Source: Macrostomum lignano (taxonomy: Eukaryota). Taken from it: a stretch of DNA of 64,000 nt. The notes below the pieces were generated by a model, which was not told the DNA's origin, did no database searches, and worked only from the letters and a program-made list of their open reading frames with translations. Positions 35,948 through 50,818 of this stretch are shown here, one piece after another. The position numbers and the translations under genes are program-made. The stretch is from assembly GCA_002269645.1 (NCBI GenBank), contig NIVC01001372.1, forward strand, positions 62,001 to 126,000. The letters are read 5' to 3'. Position 1 is the stretch's first letter, and the number at the start of each line of letters is the position of its first letter.

Positions 35948-38900
35948 TATTAAAAAGAACAATAACAACACAAGCATAAAGTCATGCAGCTACGCAGGTT
36001 TTTTATTCAGACTGGTGACAGAGTGTGCACCGTGGTTCAATTCAGTTACTGCAGCAATTCTTTCCTCAAAAGCCTTCCTTCGCAAAGGCCTCGAAGAACA
36101 ATTCAGCATTTGATGTTTATTTTAGCTCAAATTTCAAACAGTCGAGTATTATAGGGCTTGTGATTATCACGCAGTTGTGCTCGGGGAGTCAGCATAGATT
36201 GGCTTCAAAATTTTGCACACCACAGAAATGACAGTCATGCAACAAATTTATAGATAGAATAAATATAGATGAGATAGAATAGCAGGCTCCTGGGGGAATA
36301 AGTAAAACAGCAACACGATACGGGACAGACACAGAGTTAACTGAAATAAGTAAAATAAAACTTGAATATTTGATTTTAATTTCGCAAACGAGACGAATTC
36401 GTGAAAGATCTTGCTTCGACATAAATTTAGCAGTGTGTGTGTGCGCGCAAGGCTCTCGTAACGGAAGCATTCGGACACCGCAAGAAAATGTTTGACCAAC
36501 ATACAGTACACAGCATTGGAGCGCACAATTTTATAGGAACACAAAAATTGTTTAGTTTGGAAAATAAATAAATAGACAAATAATAACTCTACGCCGTTGG
36601 ACAAAAAGAGTAGGCCTGGGGGATTTTAGAAAAAGTTTTAGCGACAGAAGCGACGCGGAAAGACCGATTCGAATTGCGTTTTTTTATTCTTTGCTGACAG
36701 CTCAAAATTCGGCGAGCTTGACTTCTCTGACATTTCACCTCGGGACAAGGGGGGGGTCAGGCATGGCGGTCAAGCAGAGGTGACGTAACTTCTCAATTAG
36801 GACGTGCGTCATGACACTAGGGTCAGATGAAGGTCATGACTCTAGGGTCAGATGAAGGTCACGACACTAGGGTCAGATGAAGGTCATGACTCTAGGGGCA
36901 GTTGAAGGTCATGACTCTTGGGTCAGATGATGGTCATGACTCTAGGGTCAGATGATGGTCATGACTCTAGGGTCAGATGAAGGTCATGACTCTAGGGGCA
37001 GTTGAAGGTCATGACTCTTGGGTCAGATGATGGTCATGACTCTAGGGTCAGATGAAGGTCATGACTCTTGGGTCAGATGAAGGTCATGACTCTTGGGTCA
37101 GATGATGGTCATGACTCTAGGGTCAGATGAAGGTCATGACTCTTGGGTCAGATGAAGGTCATGACTCTAGGGTCAGATGATGGTCATGATACACACTAGG
37201 GTCAAATGATGGTCATGATACACACTAGGGTCAGATGATGGTCATGATACACACTAGGGTCAGATGATGGTCATGATACACACTAGGGTCAGATGATGGT
37301 CATGATACACACTAGGGTCAGATGATGGTCATGATACACACTAGGGTCAGATGATGGTCATGATACACACTAGGGTCAGATGATGGTCATGATACACACT
37401 AGGGTCAGATCATGGTCATGATACACACTAGGGTCAGATGATGGTCATGATACACACTAGGGTCAGATGATGGTCATGATACACACTAGGGTCAGATGAT
37501 GGTCATGATACACACTAGGGTCAGATGATGGTCATGATACACACTAGGGTCAGATGATGGTCATGATACACACTAGGGTCAGATGATGGTCATGATACAC
37601 ACTAGGGTCAGATGATGGTCATGATACACACCAGGGTCAGATTATGGTCTTAACTCTAGGATCAGATAGTGATAGGACAGAGAACAATGGATTAAGGCAT
37701 TAGAGTTAACGAGGGCACCTGACCCTATCCCAAACCGGCAAAAATGTCAGCACAGTCAGTCATATTCACAAAGTGGAAGCAGTGGCCGCAGCCAAATTGA
37801 ACTTCAAAACTACTTGTTAAACGGATATCACAATATTTATAACAATAGTAATGACATCGGCAGAAACTTGGCAGACTAATTAAACAGAAACAAATTAATT
37901 TATACGGTTATTTAATAACCTTGCAAGCACGCCATTTCACTTTAGAGAATGGGGGTCCCAGTAAACAGGTACATTGCGAGCAGGTGTGCTAGATTAATGC
38001 ATATCTATATACGCTCGTATATATATGTGTTTAAATAGCATATCATATTTATATAATGAATAGTGACTTTAAATAAATAATAATATATTATCAATTCGCT
38101 CTTTTTATTTATACAAAATCAGGTGACAAAAATGTGAGAATGAGATCGATTAACAAGCGGACAAGCAAATAATAAAAATTATAATAATATTCTATAAATT
38201 ATGATAAACAAAGCAAATTTATTGACTATTAATTTAAATAATTTAAATCAATTCATCAATAATTACAGACAGATGAAAGGCCAAACAAACTTGCAGACAG
38301 AAAGATAGATAGGCGGAAGCAGAAATCAAGCGAGAGAAAAAAAAGCAAGCGGAAGCAAAAAAGCCCAACTAAAAAAATTATCTAACTTTTTTGTTAATAT
38401 GTTTAGGCATTTAGCAGCTGACTATTACATACAGGAAATACCTTGTCACATGTCCCAGCTGTGTTTGCTTTCATATTAATCTGAACAAAAAAACTGTGTA
38501 GAGCAAATAGAATGAATGAGCAGACTGACTGACTGAATCAGAATCAAGGTCGGAGAGAAACTGCAACAATGAAAAATAAAATACTACATAGGCAAAAACA
38601 CATTCTTTAAAAGACTTAATTTTGTGTAACAATAATGTAGATGCGGTATTTAGTTAAAAATCTATTCAGGGAAAGATACATGGAGATAATTACTTTACCA
38701 TTGGCAATAAATTAATTTTAAAAATTTTTTTCAATAGTATTCGATTTTTTTCTTCTAAATAAGTGGACACAAAAGGACGAAGAAACGGCATAGCAACTGC
38801 ATAGCAACCACTTAGTAATTGCATACTTAGCAACCTACGAGAAGCAACCGCTAAGCGACGGCTTAGCAACAACCTAGCAATGGCTTAGCAACAAACTAGT

Positions 38901-39252
38901 AATGGCTTAGCAACACCTAGCAACCGCTTAGCGACGGCTTAGCAACAACCTAGCAATGGCTTACCAACAACCTAGCAATGGCTTACCAACAACCTAGCAA
39001 CCGCTTAGCGACGGCCTAGCAACAACCTAGCAACCGCTTAGCGACGGCTTAGCAAGTACCTAGCAATGGCTTAGCAACAACCTAGCAACCACTTAGCGAC
39101 GGCCTAGCAACAACCTAGCAACCACTTAGCGACGGCTTAGCAACTACCTAGCAACCGCTTAGCGACGGCTTACCAACTACTTAGCAATGGCTTAGCGACG
39201 GCTTAGCAACTACCTAGCAACATCTTAGCTACTGCATGGCAACCGATCCAAA

Positions 39253-42200
39253 TCAAGCGTCCGGCCAGGCGACATCAACAGCCGTGTGCAAATAGCACAA
39301 CAGGTGACTAAATCGATCAGCTGGTCCGCTAGGAGACACACCGCACCGCCGAGTGACTTCCTCTTCTAAAGTTTGCAGCTGCGGAGTGTCCTGGCGCATT
39401 TTCTGACGCAGGCGAGTCATGAGCCGCCAGGTCTCGTCGGCTTGGTACAGAAGCAGCAGGCGCTCGATGCACGGACTCTGCTGATCGCTGGGCAATCGGC
39501 CGGCTTTGAAAGCAGAGCTGCTGGCGGCGAGCTCCGGTCTGAGTGGAAATGGAAGGTGAAAAATTTGAATAGTAGAAGTTCTGAAGGATCTGAGGAGGAT
39601 TGCAGAGGTCCCTGAAGGATCTGCCGACAGCAACCGAACTGTCACCGACAGCAACCGAACCCGACCCGGAATTAGACGTTGAATTAGAAACCGGACTGCC
39701 GCCGTGGCGCTCGTGAAATACCCGAATAAAATGTCGAATAAATTGCGATATCTCGTGATAAGTTCGCTTAGTGCTGCCATTGTCAGAGCCTGGACTGCGA
39801 CGCTCTTCAACGGCCCAGCAACCAGCAAGGAACAGCACGCTAGCCAATAGGAAATGCCGCTTAGCGTTCGAGTCCACATCGGCACCTGCCGACGCAGCTG
39901 TGGTCGAAGAGTTGCCAGCCAAATTGCCAGTCGTAGGTCGGCGACCTCGAATAGCGGCATCGACGCGCTGTTTGAGATCGCGAGCCCGACGGAACAGGGA
40001 TTCGAAAGATTCAGCAAGCCACTGACGCTCCAGTGTGCTGGGCAGGGTGACAGGAACAGCAGCAGTTGATGACAGAGGCTGAGCAGCAGCCGAGTTCAAC
40101 AACAGATTGGAAGCTCCATTCGACGAGGCGCCAGCGCCGGAATCTGCGGCGATTTGCACCGGCGGCACGGCAGCTGTCGGCCGACTTGGCGGCGGCGCCT
40201 CCTCGGTCTGGGTGGCGCGCTGTTCGCGCTTTTGTCTACGCGGCGGCGAACGCGACGACGCGCGGCCGCTGCTGCAGTTGTTGAACAATAGCATTTAAAC
40301 TGGTACGCGGAGCAGCAGGCCGCCAGCGTGCAGAGGCGGCTGGCTCAATCGGGCTCGCTTGTCGCCGAAGGCGGCGACATTGGCTGTTCAACTTCGTCAT
40401 CTTGCCAGCCGCGGCGCGCCGAATCGAATCGGGAGTCCCGACGTTGGAATTTCCTGGATTCTCTTCGTTGGAATTCCCGGGATTCTCCTTGTTGGAATTT
40501 CCGGGATTCACTTTGGTGGAATTCCCGGGATTCACCTCGAAATTCCCGGGATTCCCTTGGTTGGAATTCCCGGGATTCCCTCCGTTGGAATTCCCGGGAT
40601 TCACCTCGTTGGAATTCCCGGGATTCACGGCGACGGAATTCCCTTGAATCTCTAGAATCGTCTCTTCGAAATTCCCGGGATTCACCGCGACGCGAATCGC
40701 CGGACTCTCGACGTCGGGAATTACCCCGGCGGAATTCCCATTCCCAGGAATCGTCTCGGCGATGGCTTTGATAATCTCGACGCGACTCTCTGGAACGATG
40801 GTCGCGTTGAAACGCCCGGGATTCCCTGCCAGAATTATGCCGCGAACCTCTAGACTGCGAACGATCCCGACGTCGGTCCCAGCTCGACAACGACCTGTCG
40901 CTCGGCCACTGCCTTGGCGATTGTCCACGCGTTGCTGGGGACGAATCTTCGCATTTCACTGCCGGAGCCTCGGGCAGCGGCGAATCTGTCTGGCTGAGAA
41001 AATCGGCGCACAACGAATCCCAAGGTGGCGACGCTCCGCTGACGCCGTTGCCGCCGCCAACGCTGTCAATCGTGCCGGACGAATAAGGAAAAGTTTCGTA
41101 CTGAGTAAACGACCCGTAGCCGCTCTCCAATTCGACGCTTAGTCGACGCTCAACTGCTGGCTTCTTCTTTTTGATGACTTCCGCTTCTGTAATCAATTGC
41201 TGCGACGTCGCGGACGGCAGCGGCGGCGGCGGAGGTGGCGGCGGCGGCGGCGGCGGCGAAGCTGGCAGCTCTTCGTCGCCAAACAAAGACTGGAAGATTT
41301 GCAATTTATTGTTTGATTTAACTGTAGCTTTTGCTCGCTCGATTTAAGCAGCCTCCAGACTGGAGTCGATCGGCGTGGCGGCGCGCGAATCGACCAGAGG
41401 AGAGACGCAAGGTATGGTGGCGTCATCAGCGGAGTCCACATCCGGGTTCGGGTGCCGCCGAACGCCGTCTAGCGGTTCGAGGGCCGGCCCGTAGCCGCCA
41501 ATTAAGTGGACCGCGCGACGAAAAAAGTTCAAGCATTTCTGCACGCTTGGTGCGTCCTTGCTGCCGTTGCTAACGGAGACGGGATTTTTCGACGATGCTT
41601 TTGCTTCTTACGGTGCTGCTGCGGCAGATCTGGAGTGCTGTCTGACTGCGCATCTTGCCGCTTATCGCCGCTGGCGCCGGCTTGAAGTGCCCGGCCGGTC
41701 ACCCAGGCGCTGATGCTGCCGCTAACCGGGTTGCTGTTCCCCGGCCCGTCCTCGTTAACCGCTTGGCAACGATTCGAACTTTTCGAATAGGACGACCCCG
41801 ACAACAAAGCTGATGATGATGATGAGGCAGTTTTGGCAATTGAATTGGCGGAAACTGACGCTGAGGTTGAAGCGGAATGAGACGAGACAGTTCTAGTTGC
41901 GGTAGAAGACGAGCACAGAGCGCTGGATGTTGAGCAACTCGTGCTGGAACGTGCCTCCGCTGCACTACCGGTGCCGGGACGCCTGCATATGAAGGACGGG
42001 AATTACGTGGGTGAAGGGGCTTTACTGTGTGAACGCTGCACTACCGAAAGCAGACGATGAGTTGCTCGTGATCTTTTAGGGGAACCTCAGCTACCCTTTC
42101 CATGATCCTTTAGGGGCACCTTAGCTACCCTTTCCATGATCCTATAGGGGCACCTTAGCTACCCTTTCCATGATCCTTTAGGGGCACCTTAGCTACCCTT

Positions 42201-44348
42201 TCCATGATCCTTTAGGGGCACCTCAGCTACCCTTTCCATGATCCTTTAGGGGCACCTTAGCTACCCTTTCCATGATCCTTTAGGGGTACCTTAGCTACCC
42301 TTTCCATGATCCTTCAGAGGCACTTCAGCAACCTTCGTATTAGTCCACTAAGATGGCCGTGACCACCAGCTCCTTAAGCAACTTCATGAATACTTCTTAC
42401 ACAAAGTTTCAGAGCACAACAGGAAATCAAAAGCAAGCAATTAAGAACAGTATTAAAAAGTTGAATTTTTTAAAACGGACAAGTTAGCAGAGGCAGTACC
42501 AGAGTGCGCAGTCACCAGCGCACGTTTTTTTATGTCTTTATGCTTTACTACATAAAGTAATAAACTTTTTTGTTAATCTACCCACATTGAATTACACTTT
42601 ACCATTTTTCAACTAAACAGAATACAGTTCCTTTATAAAAAGCATGTTGTTGTTTTAATTGACTTTAGAAGAAGAAAAAGCATTTCAAGTATTGAATGAA
42701 TTAAGTGACAGTCTCACCACTGTGGATTAGGTAGATACGAATAAAAGAATATTTATTAAGAGAGTACACTTACCACTGTACAGAAGCGGACTACTGTACG
42801 CTTACATTCAACTGCCTATAGTCTCTTTATGTTTCCTTACTTTATTTAACAACGAGACGAGAAAAAAATGCAACTATAAATTTATGCGCGAGCCCTGTAA
42901 CTGAGGCCACCACAATCTGTGCTCTACCCTTGGCCTTTCTCACTCTTCTCTCCGTAGTTAATCTGCAAACTGCAAGATTGTAGTCAACAACTAGACAGCG
43001 GAGTTATACATATATTAGCTTACTTAAACTACACTCATGCGGCCAAAAAAAGAACTGGCAGTGACATAATTTGCGTATCTTATGTTTATGCGCTAGCACT
43101 TCTCTTCTAAGAAAGATATTTTCGTTTTTTATAAATTAAAAACGAAAAAAATTCTCGCAGGTGTCCGATGAAAAGATCTTGCTTAAATAAATAAATTCTC
43201 TTTGTGTCTAAGCAATTCCAAATTGTGAGGGTCCTGCTTCCGCGTTTTTGGCTATTAGAGAAAGAAAATAATTGAGCAGTTCTAGCATTGCGATTAGTAC
43301 AGAAGGATAGACAGGGGGAGGGGAGATAAAGAGAAAGGGAGGGGAGATAAGGAGAAGGGAGGGGAGATAAGGAAAGGGGTGGGGAGATAAGGAGAAGGGG
43401 TGATAAGGAGAGGGGGGAGATAAGGAGAGGGGGAGATAAGGAGAAGGGAGGGGAGATAAGAAGAGGGGTGATAAGGAGAGGGGTGGGGAGATAAGGAGAG
43501 GGGGGAAGATAAGGAGAGGGGGTGATAAGGAGAGGGGATGATAAGGAGAGGGGGTGATAAGGAGAGGGGGTGATAAGGAGAGGGGGTGATAAGGAGAGGG
43601 GGAGATAAGGAGAGGGGGAGATAAGGAGAGGGGGAGATAAGGAGAAGGGAGGGGAGATAAGGAGAGGGGTGGGGAGATAAGGAGAAGGGAGGGGAGATAA
43701 GGAGAGGGGGAAGATAAGGAGAGGGGGTGATAAGGAGAGGGGGTGATAAGGAGAGGGGGTGATAAGGAGAGGGGGAGATAAGGAGAGGGGGAGATAAGAA
43801 GGGAGGGGAGATAGATAACTCTATTCTAGAGGCACTGTGAGACAAGTAAAGAGAGTTACGATTAGGAAGACTGAGACAGAGGGTGAAAATAAAATGAGGG
43901 AATTAGAGGGCCGAAGCGGAGAGGGATATGAAGAGAAGTGCCAGGCACAAAAAATAATAAATGGTCACACTGAATAGCCTAGAGCAATCCAAATTAGTCT
44001 AAATAATGTAATTTTTTATTTAAGCCAAATCCCTTTCAAGAATGCAAATAATTATCACCTGTCAGTAGACGTGAACAGCGGCCATTGGAGCAGATCAGAT
44101 GAGCAGCTGGTATGAGACTGGGCGGGGCGCTGCTGAGCAGGCAGTTGATTACTGCCTGACTACCTGCTCAGTTGCTGAGGCGGGGGCAGCTGCTTCGGAC
44201 TAAGCTTCGGCGCCGCGCCAGGATAAACTTCATCAATAGTAACATTATTAGCGCTGCACCTGTCAATAACTGATTTATGATCGCCGAAAATTTCTCGCAT
44301 ACGCTGACTCAAATTGTTTTTCCAGACCTCATCGTCTGCTGCTGACAT
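39253..44348 (-). pseudogene. AFF4: AF4/FMR2 family gene, copy B, with a deletion that removes the last donor site and part of the C-terminal homology domain
   Basis: Same exons as copy A (44348-44059, 41982-39643, 39538-39253), but 17236-19744 of copy A is missing. The CHD frame runs into intron remnant and is out of frame with the last exon. Confidence 0.75.
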
Positions 44349-46351
44349 GATACGAATGAGACCAGCTGAAGTTGGTGGGATGTTTTGGGAGCAGAAATGA
44401 GAGCCTAACAGATGGCTAATTCCAAGAAAAAAAACTAATTATTGCTTTATAAGGAATATCCATGCACGACAAGCCAATTTATGATTTTATAATGTCTTTA
44501 AGATCTAAAGAACAATAAAGATCTCTTCTATTGAATGCATTAAAGATAAGGATGAAATAAAACTAAATTTTCAACTTTAAATTGTTGAAAAATTAGGACT
44601 TAGGAAACAACTCCATTATGACTAGGATGTTATTACTGGGCTCATAGACTTACAAATGATGATCTGCCTCTTTGAAACAATTTAACTGATCACTTTCTAC
44701 AAACCCACTTTTAGCTTTTTATTCTAATGTACTAGATGTAATGATGTTGTTAGCATCTTTAATTTTTAGTTTCTATCTGACTTTTTATTATTTAAAATTA
44801 ATTGTAGTAAATTAAATTGCAAGGTTGTCCAACTGTTAATTCAATATAATTGTTTTAAATATACTTTAAGCTTTATTAATTTAAGTCTTGGTTACTTTTA
44901 TAATTTTTGATAGTCATCTGAGTTTTAAATAAATTGGAATTCCCCGCCAATTTAAATTGTTGCCTTGCTCTTGTTTTGTATGCTCCACTTTTTGGCATTT
45001 GTTTCAAACCCTTTGTATCAACTTTAAACTAATAATTGAATTAGCTAAATAATAAATAAATAACTAATAATTAACTAATAGGTAATTACACTCCTAAACT
45101 TGCTAAATCATACTTGAAATATTTAGTAATGTGAAAGAAAAACTTTTTAAAACATTACTACTCTTCTGTAGTTATGACTGGGATCATGATTAAGCAAACT
45201 ATAGTTAATTAATAAAGCAACAAAACAGTTCCATTTTTCTAAACAAACTTTGCATTGACAATTTTATTTTTCATGTGTCATTTTCTACTGTAAGCTTTCT
45301 GTCTATCTTTAGATTTATTTACATGCACAATACATAATGACAACTAATCTTTATAACAAGTTATAAACTGATTTAAAAATAAATAATAAATTAATATTTT
45401 TTGTAACAATTGTTTTACATGGCATAGACAAAAAAATGAGCTCATATGCACCCTTAGCTTAGGATGGCAAATGCTTTATTTGTAAATGCTATCCCCAATA
45501 ATGGCCATTGGCTGCAATATGAATTAGTTAGCAAGATTTAAGCACTATATCATTGATTATTTGCCAACTTAGTTAAATGGTCACATGGTTTACTGGCCCT
45601 CTATCTTTCCATTGTTGATACCAATATAGCCAACTTGTTTACTATCCTACAAAATATATACAATTAAACTAAAAGGTGCAAATGGCCAATGCCAATCTTT
45701 TCTCTAGCAAACAATCATTAAATTTTAACTTATCTCCAACAATAACATGAGTGGTTTTAATTGCATTTAATATAGAACATGTTTTACTTACACTCTCTAA
45801 TAGCATCCTATACCCTTTAATACATAGGCCATAGCATAGTCAGGAAGATAGCCTACACAATGGATTTCTTTGGCATATATTTGCTATGTTATACTTGGGC
45901 TAGAATACAATCTGGCATACAAAAAATTATGGCTTACAAACTTGGCATACACACTGGTGACACTGGCATACATTTTTACTTTTGTCACTTACCTGGAATA
46001 CAATTTTAACCAAACATAATTTTAATCTAATATAAAATTAAGAATAGTATAGCTAGTACGAGCTATAAAAAATTTTAGGGCTATTACTTTATTTTAAAAC
46101 ATACAGTTTAATATTATAAAACTTTCAAACAAAAATCAAAAAGTATAGAATACAATAAATGAAGCATTTGTTTTTAATTTTGTTTTAAATAGTTGACTAT
46201 GTAAACCCTATATAACTTTTGCCAACACATTTTGACATTTTTGATACTTAAAATACTGCTCAAAGCAAGGTCATATACATGTACTATTCATGTATGCTTG
46301 TATGTATGTTTATTATAGTATTGTAGCAGCCTGCAATATATCAGTTATATT

Positions 46352-46649
46352 CATACATGCGCAACCTCTGAAATTTGGTCGGCCATGCGACTTAGTTTTA
46401 ACAAAAATGCGGCATAGTTTTTGGCCAAAAATGCGACTTACATGTAAAAAAACCCTAAAGCAAAATTAACGCAACTTTGGGTAAACGGCAGGAGTAACTA
46501 TGACTGTCTTATTAAGCCAAAATGCCTCGTCAGCTACTTAGTACTACTACTTGATTATTTTTTCGGGTGGGCATTTTTGCAACTTCCTTGGTTGGCCGCC
46601 AAATTGGTTGGCCAGATCGGCCGACTCGGCCGACTGTTGCGCATGTATG
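46352..46649. mobile_element. Second copy of the 298-bp MITE with the 28S fragment (46479-46542)
   Basis: Offset 15703 from copy A. Confidence 0.65.
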
Positions 46650-48669
46650 GTTATATTGCATATCATTTGGATTAATTGATTTATATATATATGTATAATG
46701 TAGGATGTAAATTTATTGCAAAAAAGCTAAAGGAGTTTTATGACCCTTTGCATGGTGGGCTCACAATATGTAGGGTTGGCTGAATTTTATTATCATTGAT
46801 AGAAAAGTAGGCCTTGGTGCATGGGGAGTTAAAAAGCTAACCTAAAATTTATTAATAGACCCCCTATCCTAAATTGCTTTGATCTTATTTGTTTTATTTT
46901 ATATAACACTAAGTGGCACAGTTGCAGATAGGGGATAGTAGCTAATGAGCCCAATTGATTCAAATTCATTTGGTAAATTAATATATAAAATTTTTACCAA
47001 TTGTTAGTAGGTCAAATATTTGAAAAACCGAAGTTTTTAATGCTTTTGATATTTGAATTTTTACTTGAATGTCTACTTACTATCGGGGTTTAGTGTTATA
47101 ATGGTCTTATAACTTATATATTCAGCAACATTGAAAAGTTGCCATCATAGAAGATTCTGTCTATGGTTGTCATTTTTAAGAGTGCAAGTAAATTTTCCCA
47201 ATTTTTGCCAATGCATACCTTTATTTAGGTTTTTATATTATAGGTTTTATATAGGCCTTTCCTTAGTTTTTCTAAATGTTTTTTTAGTTCTTGGACTAAG
47301 TGGTCCATGATTATGGTCCCCAAGACTAAAGAGCTAAGAATTAATAAATAATGCAAGTTAGCAAGTATAACCTAAACTTCACTTTCAAAAGAATTTTATC
47401 TAAGACTATATTAGACCCCTATATTTTATAATACTAGGCCTATGACTAGGTCATTGGTCAGATTGTCATATTCCATTTTGTCAAATTAGATGACAAAGTG
47501 ACCAGAAGCAAAATAGCTTTAAAAATAATATAATGAAGTGACTAAATATTCAGTTATGCTGGATACTTCATCATTAACCAATCAATCTGTTTAAGATTAG
47601 AGTTAGTGTAAAACTATTTTTTTAAATAATTATAAGCTGCAGCAAGCAGAACTGATTGATTGACAGGTTTTATCAATTGAGATGACAAAAATAAAATGAC
47701 TGGGATCATTAGGATTCCAAGTAAAATTAGTAAATAGGCCTAGGCCCTATGTTTAATTGCCACATATTCACTTGGAGTTGGAACTTATATGATTAGTAGA
47801 TGACAAAATGACTCTTTTCAGGTAGTGCATGCTAACTAAGATGACGAACTGACCCTCATCAAGGTGAGCACCTGGGCAGACACCCCAGATAACAAAATGG
47901 CAGATGACAAAATGACTAGGAACCTATGAGTATGACTATGCCTCTTGAAAATTAGGTAGGGGCCTAGACCTAAGCCTATATATAGGCCCATTAAACCAAT
48001 CCCATGAAGAATCTCTTCCTTAGGCCCCTATCCTAGAACTCTTTATTTATTTGCCAATATGGCTATGCTGTGGCTTAGCCTATGTAATGGCTACAGCAGC
48101 AAGGCCCCAGTAGTTAGTTTTCAGCTAGGGCCTACCCAGCCTACATAGATTCGGGTTGAAGCCACATCGAAATAGAGATTAAATTTGAAATCAGCACTCT
48201 AAAAAACCTATAGGCCTACCCATGGCCTGATAGGCCTAAACTTAAAGACAAAATAAGAATCCAAAATTTAAAATATTTTATTTTTATATTTAACTAAACT
48301 TGAAAGGTCAAAAAGTCCATAATTACACGATCTAACTATGCCTAATGAACAACTTTGACGTTCAGTTCCCGTCCTATATAAATAAACAATGTCTATAACA
48401 AGCAGCACGGAATATGGGTTAGAGTGCAACTTGACAATTTTCGCTTACATCGTCAAAAAACAGCTGTAAACATTGCTAAAATTACTCAAAGCAAATTGTT
48501 TAACACTTTCTTGATTTAAAATTAGGAAAAATGTTTAAATGGTTAGTAATAACTCTTTTTAGCTAGAGATAAACCACGCTTAGCTGTAGTTTAAAACTGA
48601 AAAAATATAATTTGTTTAACCCTTTTTGGTATCCACTTTTAAATACACGCGTATTTTTGAACATTAGTC

Positions 48670-49723
48670 TACCACGCGTCGATTTGAAAAAGTTAGTTCA
48701 TCGACTGAAACTTTTACTAGTTTTTATTGTTTAGTTGTATTATTTTATAGAATAATGGATGAAGATGAAAACTGTTTTTATTGGCATTTAGTCCTTACTA
48801 CTTCCGTCGTCCTAGACTGAATGGTTCAAAATGGCCAGCTTCAAAATCTTTCCAGTTTTCACCAGGTACCAAATCTAAAGTAGCTGTAGAGTTACAATAT
48901 GTACACCATGTACTATAATAAAGTAGTAGGACGGTAAACTACTTTTCTTGGAATTTGTTGGAAGGATTAAATGTTTTCCTACATTGATCTGCCTATATCG
49001 TCATTGAATGAATTGATGAATATGTTTTCCCTTTTTCAGCACAAAATTCAAAAACATCATGCATCCTCGCGGATAGCAGCTGAGCAGAATCTTTTTCAGT
49101 TTTTTAAGGCTGATCCCAATCGATTTCTGCAGCGTTTGGTGACGGTGGACGAAACCTAAGTCCACTATTTCCAGCCAGAGTCCAACAAGCAGCATGCAGT
49201 TTAAGCAGTGCAGGAAGCGAAGGCTGGCCCCGTCAGCAGGAAAGGTGATGGTCGTAGTCTTCTGCGATGCTGATGATGTTGTGCCTGTGGCTACCTGGCA
49301 AAGGACCATGCCATCACGAGGGCGTACTACTAATTAGACCTGCTGCAACAGCTGAGAGTTAATGCCATATGAGAACGTGTCGAGGGAAGCTCTCAGCAGA
49401 GGCGCCGTGCTGCTGCTGCAGGACAAGGCAACACCGCAAAAATCGGTGGCCATTCACGAATGGACCTCGTACCGCCAGACTTTTATCTGCTTCAACAGCT
49501 TCTTGTGGTATGATGACGTCATCATATATAGCAGAATAGTTTGTTGAGCACTCCGATAAAAGTGTTCTACTCAAACGATAGCCAGGTCATTTGAGAATCG
49601 CTGGAATATCCTTCAGGTGTATAGCATCGACTTGATGGGGGACTATGTTGAGAAATAAAACGTTAATTTTTATCTGCTGATCTCCTTTCTGCATTAAGCC
49701 GCGAACTTTTCAAACAACCCTAT
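48670..49723 (+). mobile_element. Degenerate mariner transposon, copy B
   Basis: ORF fragments identical to copy A. Confidence 0.88.
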
Positions 49724-50818
49724 TTAACCTCATATCCTGCAGTCTCTTTCTTTCTCAACCCCTTTACCTCTTTCATTTTGCTATCTCTCCATTATCTCAA
49801 ATTATCTCTTTCCCTTCTTCAATGTATTCTTACACGCAACATATGCGTCTCAATTCCATCTCTTCAATCAAACAGACAGTTATAGTCTAGCTTTATATAC
49901 TAGCTATATCGACGAAAACAGACTTATTTTGACACGGTTTAGCAAGTTTATTTGTTGTTGCTAATTCTATTGTATACTGCATTCATAAATTATTGATAAA
50001 GATAACAAAATTAAATTTGATAAGGAAATAACAAAGAAATTAGCGCAACACACACTGTGATTCTGCATGCCTTCTTAAATAAAAAGATTGAATTGTAGAA
50101 CAGTGTGCTATACTTTTATACTAACAAAAATTTAAAAAAAAGTTATAATAATCCGAAAACTCCCAAATTATGCTTACATTAAAATCGCGGCTTTTTATCT
50201 CACTTCTCAATGAAAATAATTCTTTTTTTTCATAAGTAGTGGTAATCAAATTGCAAAAGAGTAATTAAACATTAAAACAGAAAAATAGTTTACCTTAATA
50301 AGAAGGATACGATGATTTTATTAAACATACGCAAATAATAAAATATAATGATGGCAACACGGATTGATTCCATTATTAATAACTGATGTGGAAGATTAAA
50401 CGAACATAGTACTAGTGGATTTAACGAGTAATTATTAAAAAAATGAGACAGTAGAACATTTGTTAAAACAGATTACAAGAAAACATTTATTATAAACTGG
50501 TAAAAATACCTAGCGGGGGGGGAGACAAGCACAGCACAGACATTCAAGTTAAAAGTTAAAACATAACGTGTGGGAATAAAACTTGAGTTAAAACTCAATA
50601 CAAAAATAATTTTTTTATGTAAGAACTCACTTTTAACAACTTCGCGCACGATCGGTCTTACACTGAGTACCATTAAACGAGTTAAATTTAAATGAAGTAA
50701 ATTTGTCTATTTTAGCTTACTGAGAGTGCTGTCCAGAAATGTACTACAAGTTTCAGAGTTCAGGCAAGTGCAACAGAGTTTTAAAACATTACCAACTCCC
50801 AAATAAAGATTTAAGTGC

